Made by a program: the position numbers and the translations under genes. DNA of 64,000 bases from Octopus vulgaris. Taxonomy: Eukaryota. This document shows positions 13,550 through 26,413 of this stretch, one piece after another (the stretch's first letter is position 1; each line of letters begins with the position of its first letter). The stretch spans positions 36,828,001 to 36,892,000 of the forward strand of contig OX597815.1 in the NCBI GenBank assembly GCA_951406725.2. Direction: 5' to 3'. Under the pieces are notes generated by a model, which was given only the letters and a program-made list of their open reading frames with translations, did not search any database and was not told where the DNA came from.

Positions 13550-13598
<49 letters not shown>

Positions 13599-16500
13599 AA
13601 TGATTGATGACAATAAGTTGCTGTGGTTATAATTTAACTCCAAGCCAGCTTTGATGATGTAAATCAAAACCAGAGGTGTTCCATCTACGATCTTTTCCCT
13701 CAGACATGTATTGAGTACTATGCTGTCCTATATCTTCTTTCTCAGTAGGGTATGGTTTGAGGGAGATTTAACTGCTAAACAAATGCAAAAATGGCTCCTT
13801 CATTGATGATTGTAAGTTAAAGTTGAAAGTGACAAGGTGATGAAGGGGATTATGCTGACCCCATATTGTGGGGAGCTGAAGGCACAATTTAGTTTTGGTT
13901 TCTTAGAATATTTTTCACTTGCTTTGATGATGCTTTTGGGAAAAGTATGACTATCACAACTTCGTTTTTCTACTCTTAAATGCCTTGCATTTATATAAAT
14001 TTGTCTTTGCAAGAAAATATAAGATTTTAGGGAAGAATGAGTTTATTATTCTTGTTATCAATGACAGGTTTTTGTAAATGTGGAATTCCCCAGAAAGAGA
14101 GAGAGAGTGAGAGCGAGTGAGTGAGCTCTTTTATAGAAGCCTGGAGACATTTCTAAAACATATTTAGTTCCATATTACATTATAGCATTCTTGACTGAGT
14201 CCTTTGAGCTAAATATAATATAGACAAAACACGGAATGACAAACAAGAAACCTTTCTTTGCTGGTTTTAGTTGTGAAAGATAAACACATGACAAAAAAGA
14301 ATTCCTTATTCATTTTTGTTGGTGATGCATTCTTTTATTCTTTCATTCCATTATGTCTTATTTTTATCTCTGATAAGATTATTTTGTTGCATTCTTTTAT
14401 TTCTAATAATAAACATTCTTTCATTCCATAATGTTCAATTTGTATTTTATTTTCTAGTTTGTGTAGTATTCTTTTATTCTGTTTTTATTTCACATATTGT
14501 TTTATGCAGTGTTCTTTTTTCCAATCTTATTGTTATCTTTCCGTTCCATGTTATTCTATTGTATGTGATAGTCTTTAACTCTTTTATTCTACATTATCAA
14601 TAGTCTTTTGTTTTTACTATTTTATTTCTGTTTCACATTCTTTTTTATATTAAAAATTTTTCTTTTGAAATGTATTTTGTTATTCACACTTTCCATGTTG
14701 CTTTAGATGAAAAATAGTTTTTATTCCATTACAAAAAAAAAGAAGAAAAAAAATAGAAAAAAGTCTGTATATTTTTCTTAAAACTGATAATTCTGTCATT
14801 TCATTCTAGATTTCAGTAATGAATTAATAATAATGATATGCTGTTTCAGGATGATGTCATGAGCATAGAACGAGTACAAATTCAATACAATGCTGCCTTC
14901 GAACATCCAGAGTGTGTATGTAGAAGTCTTTCACTCAGCTAAGCTATACTTTTTCATCCCCTCTGAAAAACAGACATTTCTATGACACTTATCATCATCA
15001 TAATCTATTTCTTTATTACCCACAAGGGGCTAAACACAGAGAGGACAAACAAGGACAGACAAATGGATCAAGTCGATTATATCGACCCCAGTGCGTAACT
15101 GGTACTTATTTAATCGACCCCCAGAAGATGAAAGGCAAAGTCGACCTCGGTGGAATTTGAACTCAGAACGTAACAGCAGACGAAATACAGCTACACATTT
15201 TGCCCGGCATGCTAACGTTTCTGCCAATCGTCGTCATCGTCATCATCAGTATCATCATCATCATTTAATGTTTCTTATTCTATGCTAGCATGAATAGAAC
15301 AGTTTGACATGCCAAACTGTCCAAGAACTGCATTGTGTTCCAGTTTCTGCAGCTGGATGTATTTCCCAATGCCAACCACTTCACAGAGTGTACGGTGGTG
15401 GGAGTGAGGTGCTTTATCTGTGACACCAGCCCTAATGAGGTTGTCATGAAGCTTGTAAAACAAATCAAGATTCCTTTCAACTAAATGGGGCTACTGTAGA
15501 GAGGGAGATGGCATTATAGTAGGAGATGAAGGGTTAAAGTATGAGAGAAGGGGCTAGAGCAGAAGAGGTTTCTTGCTTTTGAAGAGCTATATGGCTAATA
15601 ACATTATAAAAGAGATGATGGGAGTGACCATGGAACTGGAAAGAGATAAAATAGGATGGTTGACAGTTGGGTGGATAGATTTTTAACCTAACTTATCAAA
15701 TGGTCAATGGTGAGATGTCAGGGTGGATCCTTGACTTAGGAACGAATATCAGTGAGTGGGGACAGGGAGTGGATGTGCATAGAGGTTGGAATAGTATGGA
15801 AAAGTGAGGGAATGGGTTAGGGTGTGAATATAATAAAAAACAGGTGTTAAGGGATGATAAGTAAAGAAGGTCAGGGAGAGTAGGTTGGAGTCAGTGGTAG
15901 AAATTGGGTAGGGTTGAGGGGTGGATATAGTTGATGGTGGATAAGGAGTAGGTGGGTGGTTGACCAATATGGTATATAAGTTGGGGTGGCTGGGGAGAGA
16001 GTAGGAAATGATTGGCAGTGCAGAAAAAGGTGGGGTTCAGAAGATAGGAAACGATGAGGAAGGGACAGTATTAAGAATGAAGGATGGCTAACAAATGAAA
16101 TGGTTTTGGGTAATAATAAGGATAAAAACAGTAGCAGGAAAAAGCTGGTGAATTGTACAGTTCTGTTTAATCCGAGTTGACTCAGAGTTTAGCAACAACA
16201 GATGCTCTATAATTTTAAAATGAAAAGTATATATTTAAGTCTAAAATTTTAGAAAAACTTGAATTAAATTTAAAAAGATAATGAGTTGGCAATGACCAAA
16301 AAACACTGATTGTATTATTTATTTAATTAGCTAGTTTTGTGTCTTAAATCTCTTCAATTGAAGCTGATCTGAGCTATTCAACCCTTTTGTTACCAATCCA
16401 GCTGAAACCAGCTTTGGCTCTGAGTACAAATGTCTTGTTTTCATAAGTTTTGAATCAAAATCTTCCACCAAACCTTAGTCGCAATTTATGTTCCTAACAC

Positions 16501-17185
16501 TAACTGAATGATAACTAAGTTATTTTACTAAATTCTTTGTTATATTTAAAGTAATTGAACGAAACACAGAGCATCTCAAAATAAATACAATAACGAAAGG
16601 GTTAACCATAAGAATATCAAAAGTATTTTCTCTGAAATATTAAAACTGCAACTAAGAGGACTTTAAACCAAAACCTGTAAGGACCTATCTCTCAGTTTGT
16701 GCCATTATGTCAAAAAAAAAAAAACAGTTTTGCTCGATATTTTATCATTATTTATGCCTTATACTGTTTCTTGCCTTCTAGCTTATTGGAAGCCGTTTCC
16801 ACCGAGAACCATCAGATTCAATGAAACGTTTTACATTGTGGGCAAACACATTAAATGAGGAACAACTTCAAACCCAGGTGAAGGACTATAATATATTTAT
16901 CTGCTTCTTATGTGGTAACTGTTCATCAGATGATTAATTCCTTCTAATCAGAAGTACATGTATACTCTCTTTACTCTTTTTTTACTTGTTTCATTCATGT
17001 GACTGTGGCCATGCTGGAGCACCACTTTTAGTCAAGCAAATCGACCCCGGGACTTATTCTTTGTAAGCCTAGTACTTATTCTATTGGTCTCTTTTGCCGA
17101 ACCGCAAAAGTTATGGGGACGTAAACACACCAGCATCAGTTGTCAAGCGATGTTGCGGGGGACAGACACACAAACATATACACAC

Positions 17186-17230
<45 letters not shown>

Positions 17231-20200
17231 CAAAGAGAGAGAGAGAGAGAGAGTTTACAAAAAAAACAAAAAACAGGTAGTGTACAAAACAAACAGATGT
17301 ATTAGTATAACGCTCAGGAATAGAAAAAGTATTTTACGTTTCGAGCCTACGCTCTTCTACAGAAAGGTACACAGAAAAAACAAGGAGAGAAACAAATATA
17401 TATATATGTATATATACATATATACGATGGGCTTCTTTCAGTTTCTGTCTACCAAGTCCACTCACAAGGCTTTGGTCGGCCCAAGGCTATAGTAGAAGAC
17501 ACTTGCCCAAGGTGCCAGACAGTGGGACTGAACCCAGAACCATGTGGTTTGTAAGCAAGCTACTTACCACACAGCCACTCCTATGCCTGTTAACTTGTTA
17601 AATACTCTCTTTGATTCCATTTTCAAAAATACATCAATGCCAACTACGTGCCTTCATTTGAGTTCAAATTTAACCACTGGTATTACTTTGTAACTTAATA
17701 AAAGTCATACTTTTCAACCTATCCTTTGTTTAGTTAAATGAAAAAATAATAGCTTTTTTTTTTTTTGCCACTTAATTCAAACAAACGAAAAAAATAAGTG
17801 GGAAAAGTATTTACTCTGAAAACCTAGTACTTTTTTCCTTACCAATCACTATAGTCAATACCAGAGCCAGCACGTTTGACCAAGAAGTAAACTCCTGGGG
17901 AGTCAAGATAGTAAACTGGTTTTAGTCCTCTGATGAAACTATATCACTTACACTCCTTTGAGAAAAGCATGAACATTACACTTTCCATTGATGCCTCCTC
18001 TAAAACATGGGGGTCTTCATATTTGGGCAAAAAGAAATCCCCTGTACCATATTTTGATAAAATCAAGACTGTTTTATTCTTTATGAGTTTTCTGTTTCTG
18101 CTGAAATAACAAACAAGACCATAAGACCTTAAGAAAAGAATCTGTTACCTTATTTGTAGTTAACCAGTTGCTGGGTTCATGCTAATTTTTATTTGTTAAT
18201 GGTAAATGCCTTCACTGAGTAAATATTTTTGGGAAAGGTATAAACTCTACAACTTGCCACTTACCTGACCCCGTATATATAAAAATCCTTGCTCCATTAA
18301 GAAATTATTATTATGTTATGTGTATGTAGCATCTTTCTGTAATTAAGTTTATAATGTTTATAGATTTTTACATCCCATGGTCCCACAATTGCCATGCCAA
18401 CTTGGTTTTGCTCTCGAGAATTATTTGACAAAGTCGGTGGCTTTTCAGAAGATGGTCAAGTAAGGATTATTCTTTCTTTCTTCAACTATTTTTGCATGAC
18501 TGTAGAAAGGATGGTTGGCAGTTGGGTGGATAGGTTTTTAACCTCACTATCAAATGGTCAAATGATATGTGTAAATGCTGCATGCATATTACTCTAAAGC
18601 TAATTGTGGAATGTTACTCAGCTCAGTATTTTCATAATTACATCTGGACCACCATTAACGCAGCAAATGTATCAAGACCTGTAGCTCTTAATTACTATAC
18701 CATCAAGATTGTGCTAGCTGCATGGCATGGAATGACTGAAAACCTATGTTAGAAATTTGAGTTCTGAATTCATATTCAGCCTTGAATTATGTACATGACT
18801 AAGAACAGGCTACTGGAGATGACTGAAAATGAATGAATTGATACAAAACGGTTGTTTTTAATATTAATACCATGTACAATGTTGATTGAATTGATCTGTG
18901 ATCAAAAGATTTCCATCAGTGATTATTTTTTACTGACTTATATCTTGGACTACATTATATAATTTTGAAGGTGCATGGCTTAGTGGTTAGAGTGTCAGGC
19001 TCACAATCATGAGGTAGTGAGTTCAATTCCTGGACTGGGCTGTGTGTTGTGTTCTCGAGCAAGACACTTTATTTCACATTGCTCCAGTTCACTCAGCTGT
19101 AGAAATGAGTTGTGACGTTACTGGTGCCAAGCTGTATCAGCCTTTGCCTTTCCCTTGGATAACATCAGTGGTGTGGAGAGGGGAGGCTGGTATTCATGAG
19201 CGACTGTTGGTCTTCCATAAACAACCTTGCCTAGAGAGTGCCTTGGAGGGGAACTTTCTACGTGCAGTGGTCAATCATGACTGGAGGGAGTCTTTACCCT
19301 TTACTCTTTTACTCTTGTACGTGATTTGAGAAAAAGCCTTGCTAGTATTTCAGGCTGTTCACACAACCATATAGAAGCTTCTTCATTCACTCAATATATA
19401 GAAGAAACAAAAAAGATTATTTCAGCTATAATCTTTTTATTTCGTTTTTGGATTTGGTTTGCAAGATTCTTTATATGAGTTCAAGTGTTGAAGCATGTTC
19501 TGTTGTGTCTGGGGAGAGTCATTTTCTTTTTGTGCCTTATTATGTAATACACTCAACGGTAAAATTTCCACTTTTTTTTCTTATTTTTATTTTCCTAAAA
19601 TTTTCGTTGTGTCTTGCAACCTTTTCAATAGTTTTGGAATAGTGAGTGTGTTACATTATAAGGTACAAAAAGAAAATGACTCTCCCCAGACACAACAGAA
19701 TGTGTTTATTGTAATTTCGTTTTTGGATATATTGTAACATTTACCCATTTGTGTTTGTTATTTTCTAATTTTTAGGGAACACCTGAGGACCTGATATTTT
19801 TCTATAAACATCTGGACTTAAAAGGCAGTGTAATAAGAGTAAATAGTGATTTACTAATGTACAGATATCATTCCAGCTGTACAACGTTCTCAGTTTCTGA
19901 GTAAGTGCATTGCTTTGTGCTACATCTGTTGTGGTTTATTTGAGAATTTGTTGTGTATGTATGGCAATAACTGTATCTGCATAACACAACTACCTGTTTT
20001 ATATCTGTCTGTCTCTGGCCAGGTAACCATGTACTCCCCTACAGCAAGACTCATGTTTCTGTCCCTCTGTCTCACTATAACTTTTCATCATCTGACACAA
20101 GATCCCTTCCTCCATTCCCCATCCCCTCCTCCATTGCCCCTCCCCTCTCAAGTTACTTGGTGACCCTGCCAGTGCTGGTGCCACTTAAAATAGCATCCAT

Positions 20201-20459
20201 TCCACACTGTAAAGTGGTTGACATTTGAAAGGTCATCCAGCTGTAAAAACCATGCCAAACTGACCTCACCTGTGCTTGTGTCAAGTAAAAAAGCACTCAG
20301 TCCACTCTGCTGGGTGGCTGGTGTTAGGAAGGGCATCCAACCATAAAAACCATGCCAAAACAGACATAGAAGTCTGGTGCAGGCTCCTGCCTGGCCTGCT
20401 CCTGTCAAACCGTCCAACCCATGCCAGCATGGAAAGAAGACATTAAACAATGATGACGA

Positions 20460-20497
<38 letters not shown>

Positions 20498-20502
20498 ACA
20501 CA

Positions 20503-20543
<41 letters not shown>

Positions 20544-20904
20544 TTTTAGAAAACATTTTTGATAGTCACAGTTTTTGATGGAAGATTTTTCTTAAATAAA
20601 AAAATTATTAATTATATAAGAAAAAATTTTAAAAAACCAGAATGACACAAAACCTATGGAAAGAAATTTGTGTGTTGTGTTAAGCATTTTTTTTTACTAT
20701 TTCAGCTTTTCAAAAACAGAGAGAAAGAGAGAGGGTGGGGTGGGGGAATGGCCATGGGTCCAGATATGGCTTTGTGGTTGAAAAGTTTTCTTTGCAGCCA
20801 CATGATCTCACCACATTCAGCCCCAATACGCACATTAGCATATTAGGCAGAAGCTTTGTAGATGCATTTGCTTCATGGAAATTTAAAAGAAGCCAGTTGT
20901 TTTC

Positions 20905-20949
<45 letters not shown>

Positions 20950-23900
20950 ATATATATATATATGGTGGCATGTAAAAAGCACCCACTACACTCACGGAGT
21001 GGTTGGCACTAGGAAGGGCATCCAGCTGTAGAAACACTGCCAGATCAAACTGGAGCCTGGTGCAGCCTCCTAGATTTCCAGACCCCGGTCAAACCATCCA
21101 GCCCATGCTAGCATGGAAAATGGATGTTAAACGATGATGATGATGATATATATATATATATATATATAAAAAAACACCATCCGAGCGTGGTCGTCTGCTA
21201 GCCTTGTCTGGCACCTGTGTCGGTGGCACATAAAAACACCATCCGAGCGTGGCCGTTCGCCAGCCTCGTCTGGCACCTGTGTCGGTGGCACATAAAAACA
21301 CCATCCGAGCATGGTCGTCTGCCAGTCTTGTCTGGCACCTGTATCGGTGGCACATAAAAACACCATCCGAGCGTGGCCGTTCGCCAGCCTCGTCTGGCAC
21401 CTGTGTCGGTGGCACATAAAAAACACCATCCGAGCGTGGTCGTCTGCCAGCCTTGTCTGGCACCTGTGTCGGTGGCACATAAAAACACCATCCGATCGGG
21501 GCCGTTCGCCAGCCTCGTCTGGCACCTGTGTCGGTGGCACATAAAATCACCCACTACACTCTCGGAGTGGTTGGCGTTAGGAAGGGCATCCGGCTGTAGA
21601 AACACTGCCAGATCTGACTGGCCTGGTGCAGCCTTCGGGCTCCCCAGACCCCAGTTGAACCGTCCAACCCATGCTAGCATGGAAAGCGGACGTTAAATGA
21701 TGATGATGAACTCCATAAGATAGAGAAACTCCATAAGATGTACCCGGTGTAAGCTATGGATACATAAGAGGTGCAGCAATATCAGAGGAAGGTTAATAGG
21801 GAAGGTAGTTTTTGTGTGTGGGAGGTGCACAGGTACAATAAAGACCATAAATGTATAGGAAACAGATTCCATCACATGCCAGGGGGAAACTAGAAGTAGT
21901 TGATAGCTTCCATTACCTAGGTGACCAAGTCAGTAGTGGGGGTGGATGCGCTGAGGGCATAGCTACTAGAATTAGAATAGGCTGGGCAAAGTTCAGAGAG
22001 CTCCTACCTCTGCTGGTAACAAAGGGCCTCTCACTGAGAGTGAAAGGCAGACTGTATGATACCTGCATGTGGACAGCTGTGCTGAATGGCAGTGAAACAT
22101 AGGCTTGTAAGAAATGAAGCCAATATGCTCCACTGGATATGTAATGTCAGTGTGCATGCATGATAGAGTGTAAGTGTCCTGAGAGAAAAGTTGGACATAA
22201 GAAGCATCGAATGTGGTGTGCAAGAGAGACGACTGTGCTGGTATGGTCGTGTGATGCATATGAATGAGGATAGCTGTGTGAAGAGTTGTCGCACTCTAAC
22301 GGTGGACGAAACCTGTGGAAGAGGTAGACCCAGGAAGACATGGAGTGAGATGGTGAAGCATGACCTTCGAATGTTGGGTTTCACGAAGGCAATGATAAGT
22401 GACCAAGACCTTCGGAGATATGCCGCGCTTGAGAAGACCCAGCAAGCCAAGTGAGATTGTAGTCATGACTGATGTCAGTGTCATGTAACTGGTCTGTTAA
22501 AAGCACCCTTCAGTTATTGTGTGATAAACTGTGTTTGTGAAGACCTGTTGAACCAAGTGAAATCTTAGTCGTGGCTGATGCCAGTGCTGTCTGACTGGCA
22601 CTTGTGCTGGTGGCACATAAAAAGTGTTGTTTAAGCCTTGGGCCTCATGGAGGCAGTGACATGTGACCAAGACCGTTGGCCATATATCATAGTTGTGTAG
22701 ACTTGTCAAGCCAAGTCAGACCATCCATAGTCATGGCCAATGCTGGTGTCAGGTCAATGGCACCAGTGCCAGTGGCATGTATAAAACACCCACTACACTC
22801 TGGGAATGGTTGGCATTAGGAAGGGCATCCAGCCTTAGAAATCTTGCCAAATCAGATCGGAACCTGGTGCAGCCCTCTTGCTTACCAGTTTTCAGTCAAA
22901 TTGTCCAACCCATGCCAGCATGGAAAGCGGATGCTAAATGATGATGATGATGATATATATATATATATATATATATAAATTATTATGAAGAGTAATTGTT
23001 AAAAGGTTTTGTAAGCTAGACAGTGTAGAGAGTATGGGAGTGGTTAGTATGTAAGTGATAAGACTTTCAAAATGACAGTTGAAAATGTGAAAAGATTAAA
23101 AAAATTTAACATGGCTTGATGCTTTGAAAGAGAGCCTTCATTGAGGATAATTCTTTCAAGGCATTAATAAAGAGAAAATGTTCCGTTACCTAATTTTACA
23201 GTTTATTAACTCCGAATTTAGTGAGTGCAAAGCTAGGTCTGGTAAGGTGTGTCATCATATTAGATAGCACAGCTCATCACACACCCAAGATAATCGTATT
23301 AGCCTTCGGGCTTAGAATGATAGCACACATCTTGTGCAGAGTTTAACTGTCACTTCATAGAGAACAATTTGCCACAAATTAATTTTATCTGTATTACATA
23401 TTTCTAGAGAGATTGTCTTGCTATTTAATAATTTTCATTTTTTAAAAATGTTTTTTGAACATCTGAAAATGTAACAGTATTTTTTATCTGACATTTGCTT
23501 GAACAAAAGATGTACATATTTCATTTTCATAAGTTCTTGATTTGCTAATGTAAAACGTCGAGCAAAGTACATAGTCTTTTGTATTTTAACGTTGACTGTT
23601 CAAATTGTGCTAGGTTTAATTGAATTTTTCCAGGATTGGTTACATCATCATCATCATCATCATCATTGTTTAGCGTCCGCTTTCCATGGGTTGGACGGTT
23701 CAACTGGGGTCTGGGAAGCCAGAAGGCTGCACCAGGCCCAGTCTGATCTGGCAATGTTTCTATGGCTGGATGCCCTTCCTAACGCCAACCACTCCATGAG
23801 TGTAGTGGGTGCTTTTTATGTGCCACCAACATAGGTGCCAGACGAGGCTGGCAACAGCCACGATCGGACAGTACTTTTTACGTGCCACCGGCACGGAGGC

Positions 23901-26373
23901 CGGTTAGGGCGGCGCTGGCAACAACCACGTTCGGATGGTTCTCTTATGTGCCACTGGCACTGGTATCACAGCTACAATTTCCATTGATGTTGATTGATTT
24001 TGATTTTGATTTTCACTTGCCTCAACAGGTCTTCACAAGTAGAGTTTTGTGTTCCAAGAAGGAAAGGTATGCATAAGTGGACTGAGGCCATGGGTTATGG
24101 TCTCACTTGTCCTGCCGGGACTTCTCACGCACAGTATACTTCCAAAGGTCTCGGTCTCCAATCATTTCCTCGGTGAGACCTAAAGTTCAAAGGTCGTGCT
24201 TCACCACCTCGTCCCAGGTTTTCCTGGGTCTACCTCTTCCACAGGTTCACTCAACCGCTAGGGTGTGGCACTTTTTCACACAACTATCTTCATCCATTCT
24301 CACCACATGACCATACCAGTGCAAACGTCTCTCTTGCACACCACAACTGATGCTTCTTAGGTCCAACTTTTCTCTCAAGGTACTTACACTCTGTCAAGTA
24401 TGAACACTGACATTACACATCCATTGGAGCATACTAGCTTTATTTCTTGCGAGCTTACGCATATCCTCAGCAGTCACGGCCCATGTTTCACTGCCATGTA
24501 GCATGGCTGTACGTACACATGCGTCATACAGTCTGCCTTATATATATATATATATATGTATAAAGTAAATCGAAAATTAAGAATAACAAAGCAACAAAAG
24601 TCAAAAAATGACATACACATGGAATGTATTAGCTTGACACTCAATATAAGATGGGAAAAAAGAGTGGCTATATAACGTTTCAAACATGGCCCCACACACT
24701 TATCATCATCATCATTGTTTAACATCCGCTTTCCATGCTAGCATGGGTTGGACGATTTTGACTGAGGGCTGGCGAACCAGATGGCTGCACCAGGCTCCAA
24801 TCTTGATCTGTCAGAGTTTCTACAGCTGGATGCCTTTCCTAACGCCAACCACTCTGAGTGTAGCGGGTGCTTTTTACATGCCACCAGCACGGGGGCCAGT
24901 CAGGCAGTATTGATATTTGTGTGTAAATTTGTAAATGAATTTGTCTTGGTGAATGTTTGCTTGTGTGTGTTGCATAAAAATAAACTTAAAATGGTGCTGT
25001 TTGTTGACATTCTTTGTCACCAAAATTATTCTCTGATTCTGTGCTTTTGAAGAAGGAATAAATCTTAATTGAAAAAATACAAAAACAAAAACAACGACAA
25101 GGAGTAGTGGCAGGAAGGGCATCCAGATGTAAAACAATGCTTCAATAGGTATTTACTTAACCCAGCCAGTATGGAAAAGGAATGTAGACTATTGATATAT
25201 CATCATCCCCCTTAATGTTCACTTTTATATACTTCCATGGGTCCGAGAGAGTTTATTTGAGGCAGATTTTTTACAGTTGGATGCTCTTCCTGTTACCAAA
25301 CCTCACCTGTTTCCAAGTAAAGTAATATTTCCTCATGGCAAATCACATTTTCACAGAATCAAAATTAAAATCATATTCGATGACTGGCATCCGTGCTAGC
25401 GGGGTGCAAAGAGTACCATACGAGTGTGATCATTGACAGAGCAGCTAACCGGCTTCCATGTCAGTGGCACATAAAAGGCACCATTCGAGTGTGATTGTTA
25501 CCAGCGTCACCTTACTGGCACCTGTGCCAGTGGCATGTGTAAAAAAATTTGAGCGAGGTTGTTGCCAGAACCACCTGACTCTCCCCCGTGCCGGTGGCAC
25601 ATAAAAAGCACCCACTACACTCACAGAGTGGTTGGTGATAGGAAGGGCATCCAGCTGTAGAAACTCTGCCAGATCAAGACTGGAGCCTGGTGAAGCTATC
25701 TGGTTCACCAGCCCTCAGTCAAAATCGTCCAACCCATGCTAGCATGGAAAGCGAACGTTAAACGATGATGATGATGATTGGAAATGAATGACACTCATTT
25801 ACATCTATCAAATGATTTCAATACAAGGAGATACACACACACGCGTGCGCACACACACGATCCAAAAGTTTATGTTAATAATGGGATACCAGTCCATTAC
25901 AAGATCACTATTTTTTACTTGCTGAATGAACTGTGCAACATGAAATAAAGGTTTGGGGTCCAATAATTGAAACCGCAATCTTACAATCTTACAACCACTA
26001 AATCACATCCCTCCATGCTTGTAAGTAAATGTGGGGTGAGGAACCTGTGTTTGCACTCTTAGAATAAGACTGACTCCATACTGCTAGTTACCAAGAGAAT
26101 GCATCATGGTAGTCTTTACAGAATGTGGGAGTGGTAGTTGGACAGGCAGTTGTAGCGGTGGGAACAAGGTCATTTGTACTTGTGCTCTGAAGAGCAAACT
26201 GAAGTCAAGATGACAATTCTTAAGAGTTAATTGATTAATTGTAGTAATTGCCCATGGTGAAAGAAACAGAAAATTGGAATGTTTTCACTTAACTATTATT
26301 AAACAGCATGTCATTTCCTTGAAGCCAAAAAAGTGAATGGCAAATTTAGTGGATGTGAGAGCAAACAAGAGAC

Positions 26374-26413
<40 letters not shown>

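Noticed and set aside
14316-14603. Hydrophobic 95-aa ORF resembling a membrane protein
   Set aside because: T-rich low-complexity intron sequence with no splice or homology support.
15480-16140. G/A-rich tract as a functional G-quadruplex region (similar tracts at 11040-11540 and 32380-32730)
   Set aside because: Looks like decayed purine-rich low-complexity or repeat DNA; a piece recurs at 18506-18566 and there is no specific evidence of function.
18967-19045. tRNA gene
   Set aside because: A and B boxes are present, but the sequence continues into a SINE body and I see no convincing acceptor stem; the same applies to the heads at 5332 and 62643.
21089-21696. Repetitive 107-160 aa ORFs
   Set aside because: Products of the 61-bp minisatellite inside a TE.
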